Assembly (NCBI GenBank): GCA_020057885.1 | Contig: JAGVEX010000019.1 | Coordinates: 8,165-72,164 of the forward strand | DNA from: a bacterium | GTDB lineage: Bacteria > Patescibacteriota > Patescibacteriia > Veblenbacterales > UBA10138 | DNA length: 64,000 nucleotides | Direction of reading: 5' to 3' | Shown here: piece after piece, positions 18,801-27,700 of the stretch | How the letters are laid out: each line of letters opens with the position of its first letter | Numbering within the stretch: the first letter of the stretch is position 1 | Made by a program: the position numbers and the translations under genes | Notes under the pieces: generated by a model | Told to the model about the DNA's origin: nothing | The model's database searches: none | What the model saw: the letters and a program-made list of their open reading frames with translations, nothing else

Positions 18801-21800
18801 ATCGGTAACGGTGCTTGAATTAATGTTTGTATTAAAATTAGCTACCACCACCGCGTTAAGGCAAATATTTGTGTCGTTATTTTGAGGAACAAACGAAATA
18901 ACCCTAAGACTAACTGGTATGTTGGGCACAGCGCCAGTATTAACAGTAAATTTTTTAGGGTTGCTCAATAATATACGTTGTTCAATAACATCTTCCCAAC
19001 CACCAATACAATTTTCACCAATTTGGATTTTAGGCAAAGGACAATTTCTACCCACTACTACGTTAGCTACTTTTTGTACTGTTACGTCACCTGTCTTTGT
19101 GTCTATAGGTGGCACCAAAACTAAGTTTGAATCAGTCCAAGTGGTGACTTCAGGCAGAACACGTAGGAACGGCTTAGCTAAACTCGGCCAATTAATACCT
19201 TCTTGTGTTGAAGCGAGAAAATTTCCAAACCTATCACCAAGTAATTGCACGCTGAGTGGTAAGGTGACCACTGTTTCAGGATTAAGCTGGCACAAACCTG
19301 GCGCTAAAGGAATATTTTCATTAGCAGTAAAAGTTTTACTTTCTATTTCGTCATTAGCAGTAATTAAACCGGAGTGGGTTGTTACCCGCACACGCGCTGT
19401 TACAGCTATCCCGGGAGTTTTTATAATAATTTCTGAATCAGCCCATGGTTTAGTGCAAGCCGCTGGTAAAGAACCTGCTGGTATACCTCCAAATGACACT
19501 GAACCTTGCTCGTCACCAAAATTACCGCCCCTTACTGTAATCCAGGTGCCAATTGGACCGGTATTGGGAGTAAGGCTGGTTATAAACGGCCCACCTGTAA
19601 AAGTAACACCATTAGACGCGCGTAAATCTCCACCCAGCGCGCCATAGTCAACTGACACCCTTATATCACCAGTACGAACCTTGAGCGGAGTTAAAATAGT
19701 TATTTGTTTGTTGTTCCACCCAGTAACTTGGGTTGAGTTTGATAATTTATAACGATTAGAAACGGCTGGTAATAATGTCTCTTCAGTAATTGGTGCAACG
19801 GAACAATCTGAAATCGCTGGCACAAAATCAGCTGGATTGCAAGCCATGCTCACAAAACTACCAGTTATAATTGGCTTACGATTATCTGTAAAATTACGGC
19901 CTGAAATAGTTACGCGCGTACCAGTGGCGCCGCTCACAGGTGTAATAGAACAAATGCCTGGCCTAATAACAGTACTAACGGTAAAAACTGGATTCCTAAA
20001 AGCGGGTATAGACAATGGGTTACCCCATGATGTACCAGCACTCGTAATAACTTCAATATTATGAGTTGAATTAACAGGAGCTAATGCTGGAACAGCTACT
20101 ACTATTTCATTGTCCCTCCAATAACCGCAATCAACCAGAGAAGCTGAGTGGCTGCCAAATTTAACAATACCACCGCTTCCAAAGTGTTCACCTTTAATTG
20201 TAACAACTGTAGTCACTTCATTTTGCGCAACACCATCAATATGATCTATGTCGGTAATTCTTGGTCTCTCCGTGGGGCCAGTTGGTGAACCAGAGAGTAC
20301 ATCAAATTTTAACAAAGCTGACGGAACTCCGTTTTTAGTAACAAAAATGCGTTGATCTTTTTCCACTGCTGTAGTAACAGGGGTAATTGCTTTAACTGCA
20401 GTATTGGACCAACTAGGATAATTAGTGGCCTGTGTGGTAATACTGCCTTGATAATTAACAACGTCGCCTGCCCCCTGTGTGGCACCAAAACCATTACCGC
20501 TTAAGGTTACTGTGGCAGATGTGGTGCCGCGTTCTGTTTCATAAGAATAATTTGGCTCCACTTTACATAGACCAGGATGAACCACGGCATTGACTGTATA
20601 ATCTGTCACGGTTGTTTTTTGTACGCCATCTGTGCGTTCAATTGTAATAGGACCAGTTCTGGCATCATTGGCACTAGATACATCTGGCACTTCGCTGATA
20701 ATTTGTGTGTTAGTCCAAGTGTTACCACAAATAGCACTCGGAGGCCACAAACCATCAACTGTGCCGCCGCCAACTTTATCATAAATTACACGACCCTTGT
20801 TGCTACCAAAATAACAACCATTAATTCCTACCCACGTGCCAATAGCACCACTGGTAGGTGAAAAGTCTTGTATGACTGGGGTACAACTGCCAGCTTTACA
20901 AGTTGAAACTCCAGGCCCGCAAGCAGTACAATCGATACTACTAGTACAGGCCACATCATTCATTATTAAATCCGCTGTATCGCTTTTACCAGCCGCGCTG
21001 GCAGTAATTTCAATTGGCGGATTGGTGTCTGGAAAATTTGTTGAGGTAGGCGGCGTAACCGAAGCTGTAACTTTCCAAGGATCACTACCAGGGGTAAGTG
21101 TGGCTATGGTTTTAGAAGACGTCCAAGGATTCCAAGTATAACTTGCCGGATTTAGTAAATTACAATTTATAGCTTGTGTTGAAGCGCTATAAGCCTGAGT
21201 TTCATTTTGTGAACGAATGTATCCAGTAGAAGTACCATTGGAAGCCGTAACTGTAATGCTGGCTATACTACAAATATCACTACCGGTTTGAAATTGCCAA
21301 GTGTAGTTATAATCCATTGGCGTGCCATCAAGCGCGCGCATTGTTCTGCTGATAGTTACTTGATACCAACTATTAGCCTGCAGATTACTTGTGGGCACTA
21401 ATTGAAACCCTGTCGGTTCAGTATTATTAGGCAATAAAATAATACTACTAAAAGTAATTGGTGTTGGATTGGTGCAAGAAGTACTAGCGCTAGTGGCATC
21501 ACACAGCCAAGCTTGGATGTTGCCAGTAGTGCTACCCGCTAAACCAACTACTGTAAAATCAGCTGGGTTCATTGCTGTGCTAAAACGAGCGGCAACTAAA
21601 GCATTGCGACACACTCCGGTAGTGCCCGCGGCTGGGCTGGGGCTTTGAAAATTTGCACTGCACTGTGTATCTTCTATCACATAAGGTGCTGGTGAACATG
21701 GCACAGTAAAAGTTATGCTGTTGCTAGGCGGTAAATTTGGCACTATTACCGCCACACTATGCTGACCATTACCTAAATCAGTTCTCACTGGTACAGGAGT

Positions 21801-23822
21801 AATATTTTGGTCATTCCAAGTTCCGATCCAAGTTCCAGCCAGTGCATCCACTCCGGCAATTTGCACATTGCTAACGCCACGCGAAGTGCCGAACCTCACA
21901 CCACCCAAAGTAAGTGTTGCACCTCCTCCGGTTACCTGACTTAAAGAGCTACAAGTTGGCGCAACCGAACACAACCCCGGACCAATTGGTGAATTATCCA
22001 CTGTAAAGTTATAAGTATTGCTTTTTTTGCCGCCTACGCCATCGCTATTGGTAACTTGCACTTCATACGCACCAACTGGCAAACCAGCCGGCACTTTAAT
22101 AATAATTCGATTATCCTGCCAAGAACCTAAACCGCAAGCCAGTTCGGCATCAGTAAAAGTACGAGCCGCTCTGGTGCCAATAGCAACCGGATTCATAAAA
22201 GTAACCTTAGCCGGCGCCGCACTAGAATTGCCAAAAAAATTACCGCCCACTGTTACAAATTGTCCAGGCGGACCGCTTTGTGGCGACAATGACCTTACAT
22301 AAGGACTGCTCACATCAATAAACTGTGGCGTGCTATAAACTGTTCCCACCTGTGCCACTATTTTTGTATTAGGCACAGCAGGCCAATAAGACAAGGGGAC
22401 TCCAATTGGTATTCTCAAACGAATTGAAGTTGTGGTCCAAGAAATTATATTATCAGTAGCTGGATAAAAACTATTGCTGTCTGCCGGCAAACCATTAAAC
22501 AGTACATTGTTGGTCGCTAATCCTAAATTTTTACCAGTAAGATTTATCACATCACTATAGTAACCACTGGTTCTATCAATATTCGTAAGCTCTGGCGTGC
22601 AGTATTCAGTAGTACCTGTTTTAAAATCCCAAGTATAATCATTTTGCATGGTGTTTCCACAACTATCACTAATGCCACCCACTCCACCCTTTAAGGTAAC
22701 AGTGTAAGTAACATTGGGAGAAAGCGGTGTTAACGGATAAACTGTAAATGATTTAAAATTACTCCCTGGTACTACTTGACCGAGTGGCACATTATTGCCA
22801 CTGGCATCTGTTAAAGTAATATTACCTATCTTAGTTAACGAGGTAACACTCATTGTTTCAGAAAATACGGCCTGAATTGGTGTACGTAAACAAACCTCTG
22901 TAATGCCCAGCGCAATACCAGCATCTCTTTCTGGATTAGTTGGCGGCACAACTGTCGGTGCTACATTGTCTGTTTCTGTACCAGTTTTAAAATCCCAATC
23001 TTTAGCTGTATTTAAATTGCGTGGATTACCTTGCGAATCCATAGTCGCGCTCTGCACGCCAGTAGAAATGCTAACATGATAATCAGTATCTTTTTCAAAA
23101 TCAGGGTGGCTATAACTAAAAGCATTGGTCTTATTTTCCTCGGGCGAACCAACCGCCGGACTAAAATTGCCTGATCCTGTAACATCTACCCAAACATTAC
23201 TGGCATTACGATAAGTAACTTCTACATTACTTGGCACACTGGACGTTAATACTAAATCATTAAAAATAGCTTGTACTTGTTCGCATAATTTAACATCAAC
23301 TGCGCTATCGGCTGGTGAAACAGTGTCAACACTAAACCCGCGCTCCCCGCCGCCTGGCAAACAACCGGCTCCCACACAGCCTGTTAAACCACCACCATTA
23401 TTAACGCCCGTAGCACTTTCTAACTGTTTAAAAATAAAAGCCGCGATGCCAAAAGCGGCAAAAACAATTACCAAGCCAATAACTGCGCTTGATAATATTT
23501 TTTTTGCTTGAGCAATTTTTTCCTCGTTGCCTTGCGAGGTCATCCAAATAAACCCACCGTACAAAATCAAGGCAACCGCAATAACACCTAAAATACTTAA
23601 GAAAATATTAATTACCCTACCAACGGTTTGGATAATATTTTGATTACCCAAATTAACATTGCCGTTAAGCTCATCAAAACCAAAATTTTGCGCCGCCACT
23701 GGCAAAACACCTGTCCCAATACCAACACCAATCAGTAAAAAAACCAATATCCAAAACTGGTAACGTTTTAACCAATTAAATATGTTGGTAACCATAAATT
23801 TGGTTGAAAAATATTTATGCAA
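12870..23822 (-). CDS. Giant (3650 aa) cell-surface protein. It has a VirB2/TrbC-pilin-like two-helix N-terminal anchor, IPT/TIG- and Ig-like domains, and a long array of InlB-B-repeat-like (Listeria-Bacteroides repeat) modules.
   Basis: It is one uninterrupted ORF. The N-terminus ...ILGVIAVALILYGGFIWMTSQGNEEKIAQAKKILSSAVIGLVIVFAAFGIAAFIF resembles T4SS pilin hairpins. Roughly 80-aa modules recur many times with the pattern ..GSGTVTSSPAGINCG..C......VTLTA.P..GS.F.GW.G.C.G.G.C.V.....VTATF. IPT-like segments (PVIQDFSPTSGAIGTWVGINGCYFG) are also present. Confidence 0.8.
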   Translation of the reverse strand: MHKYFSTKFMVTNIFNWLKRYQFWILVFLLIGVGIGTGVLPVAAQNFGFDELNGNVNLGNQNIIQTVGRVINIFLSILGVIAVALILYGGFIWMTSQGNEEKIAQAKKILSSAVIGLVIVFAAFGIAAFIFKQLESATGVNNGGGLTGCVGAGCLPGGGERGFSVDTVSPADSAVDVKLCEQVQAIFNDLVLTSSVPSNVEVTYRNASNVWVDVTGSGNFSPAVGSPEENKTNAFSYSHPDFEKDTDYHVSISTGVQSATMDSQGNPRNLNTAKDWDFKTGTETDNVAPTVVPPTNPERDAGIALGITEVCLRTPIQAVFSETMSVTSLTKIGNITLTDASGNNVPLGQVVPGSNFKSFTVYPLTPLSPNVTYTVTLKGGVGGISDSCGNTMQNDYTWDFKTGTTEYCTPELTNIDRTSGYYSDVINLTGKNLGLATNNVLFNGLPADSNSFYPATDNIISWTTTSIRLRIPIGVPLSYWPAVPNTKIVAQVGTVYSTPQFIDVSSPYVRSLSPQSGPPGQFVTVGGNFFGNSSAAPAKVTFMNPVAIGTRAARTFTDAELACGLGSWQDNRIIIKVPAGLPVGAYEVQVTNSDGVGGKKSNTYNFTVDNSPIGPGLCSVAPTCSSLSQVTGGGATLTLGGVRFGTSRGVSNVQIAGVDALAGTWIGTWNDQNITPVPVRTDLGNGQHSVAVIVPNLPPSNSITFTVPCSPAPYVIEDTQCSANFQSPSPAAGTTGVCRNALVAARFSTAMNPADFTVVGLAGSTTGNIQAWLCDATSASTSCTNPTPITFSSIILLPNNTEPTGFQLVPTSNLQANSWYQVTISRTMRALDGTPMDYNYTWQFQTGSDICSIASITVTASNGTSTGYIRSQNETQAYSASTQAINCNLLNPASYTWNPWTSSKTIATLTPGSDPWKVTASVTPPTSTNFPDTNPPIEITASAAGKSDTADLIMNDVACTSSIDCTACGPGVSTCKAGSCTPVIQDFSPTSGAIGTWVGINGCYFGSNKGRVIYDKVGGGTVDGLWPPSAICGNTWTNTQIISEVPDVSSANDARTGPITIERTDGVQKTTVTDYTVNAVVHPGLCKVEPNYSYETERGTTSATVTLSGNGFGATQGAGDVVNYQGSITTQATNYPSWSNTAVKAITPVTTAVEKDQRIFVTKNGVPSALLKFDVLSGSPTGPTERPRITDIDHIDGVAQNEVTTVVTIKGEHFGSGGIVKFGSHSASLVDCGYWRDNEIVVAVPALAPVNSTHNIEVITSAGTSWGNPLSIPAFRNPVFTVSTVIRPGICSITPVSGATGTRVTISGRNFTDNRKPIITGSFVSMACNPADFVPAISDCSVAPITEETLLPAVSNRYKLSNSTQVTGWNNKQITILTPLKVRTGDIRVSVDYGALGGDLRASNGVTFTGGPFITSLTPNTGPIGTWITVRGGNFGDEQGSVSFGGIPAGSLPAACTKPWADSEIIIKTPGIAVTARVRVTTHSGLITANDEIESKTFTANENIPLAPGLCQLNPETVVTLPLSVQLLGDRFGNFLASTQEGINWPSLAKPFLRVLPEVTTWTDSNLVLVPPIDTKTGDVTVQKVANVVVGRNCPLPKIQIGENCIGGWEDVIEQRILLSNPKKFTVNTGAVPNIPVSLRVISFVPQNNDTNICLNAVVVANFNTNINSSTVTDASFRLDNTTSNPFIPVVGQLKIEKSRVSFIPTTPLLPNNQYHLTVDASIRGVLGEVLDCGGVPGCEVIFSTSAEVCLIDKVTISPNSWSFTKSNERKEFRANALAKDGQLLTASYAWQKDDPNNLISLSSVTANPTFVTSGTRNGQALLKVTVNGGIAGVKQASAPLDIYICEVPWEFEDSQHNFRLRYCRAKTITGTLTPVLIGTNETESFNNISEWTVGNTAVWSISSAPQTFAPGDVSSISTRTIGLAPTNYSIGHTFINLEKDTSYSALVYAYVGANITQSVSGVMAIAPGTSCGWTQSTQLPRAEGWQAMQLVFNTGAQTIQTLCLGINADTSLTGTLTSVPIYFDNLTVKKIGASDILPALTVSVANPIPNEPVGNYEYFFKNPASPDAIGLRVYETSIDTMLPRTWYMSRPDIVKGGLNDVTVDGYSAVQDGTTVYISAPNLAEDPVTPPDAMYTDMYVMGYNRGAVTSTQTIYQELIKNWVFNTNLSALPDAKAQIKNDIKRLTDVARTIPKALDSYAATHSNSVPPLSAGSYEVGHSASTWYSWQQTLGAAMSRSLPVDPINKFKDCPTSYDSKTCWSADAKKFVEPCPAGSHVYQYRVLANSRAELSFNAEFKNVTWWKGTGSAITIPTTDECDSIKNLINYESPTLNVTSSGNGSVVSNEPTPKISCGLACSAAYAVNTKVALTALPRTGSRFIGWGGVCSSTVGPICTVDIITGTSTFSTSANFAENMYGLNITVSGQGSVTSNVASVPTCTTLTTTTCSTANIPSGTTIALTAVNPMDGSTIFAGWSGACSGTGTCTIMIRDAALSVTATFVPKQTLSLTVNSSGTVTSVDGKVNCGSGLPASGCTADYADGESAILNATPLAGYVFAGWGGACAAAGTSATCTIKLTGNVSVTANFTRISYSLQTQRTGTGSGTVTSTPAGINCGLICSFDYIGDSLVTLQAVPNSDSTFTGWTGDVPAICTPALPTTPPTTCQVTMNTAKNVTATFSIRGYDLTVAKEGSRANNIANIVKSNEPTPQINCGSDCVDSYTGGTSVVLNAAVALTDFFVGWDVNGTVRCGGNSSCTIIVVGATTVTATFEPRATLSVSTSTPIGYSTGTGTVISDIPSSDPIKCGSGGSHCIQAYQQSGTGTPPVTTIVKLIATPDSNSIFMSWLSALGAPCYGSTSLTCDMTMDQDRIITAQFAEKVTLNVIKGGNGTGRVTSSPIGIDCGSDCTGAYGKSSSASNAVTLTASADASSVFTSWSLASCGVALTCTVTMDTNTNVIANFALAYTLTVNKKIWISNTSTIDTIYHRVTSNPVGIDCGNGSSSCSARFVAGSIVSLMPSADYLNPPVPASLVGAYIFDKWEGDCTLSGQCTLTININKTVTAVFKLAPSQFLFARKAGNGTGLITSNPPGINCGADCDGLYQQGSIVSLIPQVTVGTFGGWRICTQVSAWPYNCIGAWTACPSLTGNQCTVTIPTTGDIIAEATFNANILTVTKGLSTGAGTVSSSDTKIDCGSTCSAPYNATDVVTLTAVPTLGSFEGWSGDVPATCTPALPTPPATCQVTMNTAKNVTATFTSHILTLNIASGGGGSGTVDLSTPSANCSSDACTYVYPGSPITTVTLTANPSLGSTVSWSGTDVPAVCKPALPTPPPSTCQVTMDAAKTVTVTFSTTNYTLNVTTTGSGVVTGPNINCLPSGVGCSWSYPAGTQVALVPTPDAGATFGGWSGACTNGTGNCVITMDGNKSVAASFTTAPFAVTVAKAGTGSGTVTSSPAGINCGATCTGSFTSSVTLTATPAAGSTFGGWSGGGCTGTGTCTVNSAVTVTATFNIIPVLTHTYNMVASWNFISLPFNVLNSATNVLFPTATSEAYQYLNGAYVGVTNLQVGLAYFIKFGYAEDVTITGFSAISNFSVPLPLGWNGFGSLSTSVPLSAITYSPGTIGDVYYYNNAWVAGVAQIDPGVGYMTKTSEAGTLTITK
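13795..13900. repeat. Intragenic near-identical DNA repeat, copy A, encoding ...CTPALPTPP..CQVTM..AK.VT.TF.
   Basis: About 100 bp closely matches the copies at 14085-14180 and 15800-15900 (GTGACA.TTTTAGC....TTCATTGTTACCTGACA.GTAG.TGGTGG.G.TGGCA.TGCTGG). Confidence 0.7.
14085..14180. repeat. Intragenic near-identical DNA repeat, copy B.
   Basis: See copy A. GTGACATTTTTAGCTGTATTCATTGTTACTTGACAAGTGGCTGGTGGTGTTGGCAGTGCTGGCGTACAAGTTGCAGGAACATCAC. Confidence 0.7.
15800..15900. repeat. Intragenic near-identical DNA repeat, copy C.
   Basis: GTGACATTTTTAGCCGTGTTCATTGTTACCTGACATGTAGTTGGTGGTGTTGTTGGCAGTGCTGGCGTACAAATTGCAGGAACATCACC is almost identical to copy B. Confidence 0.7.
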
Positions 23823-23863
23823 AATGATTTTTATTTTTTTAGAATTCGTTTATTTTGATACTT

Positions 23864-24316
23864 CTATTTTAATACTTCACGCACCAGTGAGCTAACTGTT
23901 TGCCCATCGGCCGCACCGTTATAATGCGCCATCACCGCTTTGGTAAGCTGGCCCATAGCATGGACCCCGCTTAAATTTAATTCTTGTTTTAAACGGACAA
24001 CAGTATTTTTAATATCATCTGAGTTAGGAGCCGCTGGTAAATAATTAAAAATTATTTCAGCTTCATCTTTTTCTTTAGCCGCTAAATCTAAACGCCCACC
24101 CTGCTCATAAAGCTTGGCTGCTTCTTGGCGCTTTTTTAATTCGCGGCGGAAAATCGCCAACGCGCCATCTTCGTCCAGACCAGTCTCTTTTCCTACTCGT
24201 GCAATAACTTCGTTATGCAGAGCAGATTTAAGTATACGCAAGGTAGCGAGCTCTGGTAATTTGCCTCGCAATGCTGAATTAATATCTGCTTCCAAACGAC
24301 TTACTATCTCAATCAT
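23864..24316 (-). CDS. yqeY: GatB/YqeY domain protein.
   Basis: The sequence is 150 aa and has the conserved YqeY family pattern. The gene is downstream of rpsU, the classic rpsU-yqeY arrangement. Confidence 0.8.
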   Translation of the reverse strand: MIEIVSRLEADINSALRGKLPELATLRILKSALHNEVIARVGKETGLDEDGALAIFRRELKKRQEAAKLYEQGGRLDLAAKEKDEAEIIFNYLPAAPNSDDIKNTVVRLKQELNLSGVHAMGQLTKAVMAHYNGAADGQTVSSLVREVLK

Positions 24317-24340
24317 AAATATATTAATTTAAGAAAGATT

Positions 24341-24619
24341 TTATTTGCGCAGGGCGCGTTTAATCATAGCAATAGTGCGTGGATTACGGCTACGTAAATC
24401 CTCTTCTTCTAATTGACCTGTTTTTCTTAAATACTCTTTACGACTGCGTATAGATAAACGACGCACAGCGTCTTCACGTTGTTCACGCTTGGTTTTGGGT
24501 GTCTCAAAAAAGCGCCTCTTTTTGGTTTGTAGAATCAAACCAGACTGTTGAACGCGCTTTGAAAAACGGCGAAGCATACCTTCTACCGATTCTCCTTCTT
24601 TACGTTTTACTTCTATCAC
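24341..24619 (-). CDS. rpsU: 30S ribosomal protein S21, with an extended basic C-terminus.
   Basis: MIEVKRKEGESVEGMLRRFSKRVQQSGL matches the S21 N-terminus. The protein is 92 aa, against a usual length of about 60-70. Confidence 0.85.
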   Translation of the reverse strand: MIEVKRKEGESVEGMLRRFSKRVQQSGLILQTKKRRFFETPKTKREQREDAVRRLSIRSRKEYLRKTGQLEEEDLRSRNPRTIAMIKRALRK

Positions 24620-24754
24620 GGTAAATACACCTCCTTACTAAAAAGATGATTAAATATTTTACTATTCTATTATACACTATTTTTTACAAATAGTCAAATC
24701 TAAAAGGTAATTATAAACAAATAGCCACAAAACATAGTTAAATTGGCACCAACT

Positions 24755-24784
24755 AAAAAGCCGTCCCAATTAAATCGGGACGGC
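24755..24784 (-). terminator. Intrinsic terminator of the second giant gene.
   Basis: The minus strand reads GCCGTCCCGATTTAATTGGGACGGCTTTTTAG. Confidence 0.6.
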
Positions 24785-24797
24785 TTAAGAGGAAAAT

Positions 24798-27700
24798 TTA
24801 TTCAAATTCACCAACTTCTATTTTTCGTAAATCATCATTCTTAATACCCAATGATTTAGAACGCATAACCTGATAAGCACTATCACCATCACCCATATAA
24901 TAACGTTTACCATCCAACACGTACCAAGCTTCGCCACGCGACTCAACTTGCAGTAATATTTTACCATTAAGTCTATTCGACAATTTTAAATTTAAGGATA
25001 ACTTTTTTCCGCCAACCAACAAAGGATTATAATTATTTTTTATTTCATCACCATCTAAATAACCATCCCCATCGGAGTCTGGATTATTAGGATTAGTGCC
25101 TATGGCCACTTCTAATTTATCTTCCAAACCGTCTTTATCGGTATCGTTTAATTGAGAATATGATCCAACGCCAACAGAAATTTTAGCTAAATCTGCATTG
25201 TTAATTCCCAAACCAAAAGTTTTTAAAGCAGTGTAAGCGGAATCTCCGTCTTTAAGATAAAAACGTTTACCAGTTTTAGGATCTAAATACCAAGCATAGC
25301 CATTATTTTCAACTTGAAGCAAAATACGCCCCTTAAGACGATTGGTGAGTTTAGTATCAATAGCTCTACTAACTAATTTTTCTTGTGCCACAACCGCCGT
25401 TGATGTTGAAGGAATAACGGGGGTAGCTGAAAAAGTAGGAAGTTTCTGGGTAGCCGGTGCGGGAATAAAAGTGCTTGGTTTTAAATTGGTTGTACTGCTC
25501 CCACCACCTCCACCGCTGGTTGTTTTTATTGGTATATTATTAACTGTCACTATTACAGACGTGGAAGTGGCTTTATTTCCAACAGCATCACTGGCTACGG
25601 CAGTAATAGGATACTGACCATTAGTACTTTGAGTTGTGTCCCATTTGATAGTATACGGACTAGTAGTAATTTTATTTCCAATATCAACACCATTTAATTT
25701 AAATTGAACATCGGCTACACTAATATTATCAGACGCTTTAGCAAACAGAGTAATAATATTAGACATGGTAGAACCAGTTTTAGGTGAAAAAATGATGATT
25801 ATTGGTGGGGTGTCATCTTCTATTTGCGAGGGGTGCGCTGGTATAATATCTGGTATAATATTTTTTACTATAATACTAATTGGGGACGATACCGCTTGAT
25901 TACCTGCGGCATCTCTGGCTACTGCTATTAGTGTATATATTTTATCAATAGCATTGGTTGTGTCCCATTCTATTGTATAAGGATTAACTGCTAATTCAGT
26001 TCCTAAATTAGTGCCATTAAGTTGAAACTGAACGCCAACCACGCCTACATTATCAGTAGCGGTAGCAGATATAGTTACAACTTCACCAGAAATTATAGAA
26101 CCAGTCACGGGTTCAGTAATAGAAATTTCTGGCAAAATAGTATCGAGTATTCGGTATATAGCTGTCCTGCTGATAATAATTGACATCAATCCGGAACCAT
26201 CAATAGCTTGCGCTTCAATTATGTTACTACCTGAAGCTAAAGTTAAAGTAGCATTCCAAGAGGTTGTGCCAGTGGCAGTTTGCCACACCGATCCATTTAC
26301 TCTAACTCGTACAGATGAAATCGCCGCATTATCTGAAGCTGTACCGGAAACTGTAATATTTGCAGTGTTAAATATTTGGTTTGCGGTGGGTGAGGTAAGA
26401 GCTATAATTGGCGGAGTGGTATCAACTGGTGGTGGCGTTACATTTGTTATATTATAAGTCACACTTACACTTTGTATGGCTGAATTAAGGTTCGAGCTAT
26501 CAATAGCTTGCGCTTCTATAAGGTTGCTACCTGAAGCTAAAGTTAAAGTAGCATTCCAAGAGGTTGTGCCAGTGGCAGTTTGCCAAGTTCCTCCATTAAC
26601 ACGTACTCGGACTAAAGAAACTGATGCATTGTCAAACGTAGTACCTGAAACAGATGCTGAATTAGTTGTAAAAATTTGATTAGCTGTAGGACTGACGATA
26701 GAAATTGTTGGTGGGGTGGTATCAGAACTATTAGTTGAACCAGCGTATACAAATTTAAAGGCATCCGCTAAAACATATCCATTAGCATTATTTGTAATTG
26801 TTATAGAAGCGTGTGAGTTATCAAAAGAATAGGTACCAAGCAAATTCCATTGGCCAGGATTCACACGCTGATTAATGGTCAAATTCGCAGTTCCACCAGT
26901 ATGAACAATCGTGGCAGGAACATTTGTTGCTTCCATATTCGTTTGGTTGGCGCCATACCACCCATGCCATTCATACACGCGGTACTGCCCCGGCACGTTT
27001 ATTGTGGGACGAAACACCGCAGTCGCTGAACCATTACCCGCCGGAGCATAATGCTGTTTGTGCCATATTGGTCTAAAATTGTTAGGATTTTCAGGAGTTA
27101 TAGGTTCATCTCTGTATCCTCCTGGAGTCCAGGCAGGATTAATATTTGTTTCTGGATTACTTGATGCCATTGTATCCCAAGAGAATCCTGTCATCGCGGC
27201 ATAATCAGAACCTGGGCTTGTTCCAGCATATGCGTTGTCAACATAAATGTCAGAAACAACTGTTTTGTTTGGTTGTGTTACCAATAATATACCATCTCCT
27301 ATATAATCAGTGCATTTTCGTCCAGGATTTCTTGGCGATAAATTTTTCTGTAGTGTTATGCTTGTAAATAATTGTCCATTATTCCATGTGGGGTCTTGAT
27401 TTCCTTTTAATCTATAATATGGTCCTGCGTATCCTGAAAGTCCTTGTAACATAGTATTTGTAACGGTTACTGTCCTAGTGTCGTTACAATTATCTGGATT
27501 AACTATATATGCTCCATTGTCGAAGAATCTGACCCATGCGCCATTTGATAAATCAATTGCAGGACCTTTTGGATGTCCAAGATTTGCATCAAACTCATCA
27601 TAATACAAATAATAATTATGTTCGGCATCCTGTATTGAGAAATATACATCTTTCATCAACGCCCATCCAAGCATCCATCTCATATATCTATAGAATTCTT

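Noticed and set aside
13315-23511. Numerous 60-240-aa plus-strand ORFs inside the giant minus-strand gene (for example 13315..13695 and 18919..19647).
   Set aside because: These antisense frames inside a long repeat-rich gene are Pro/Thr/Val-rich artefacts of the repeat composition. The single 3650-aa frame is far more parsimonious.
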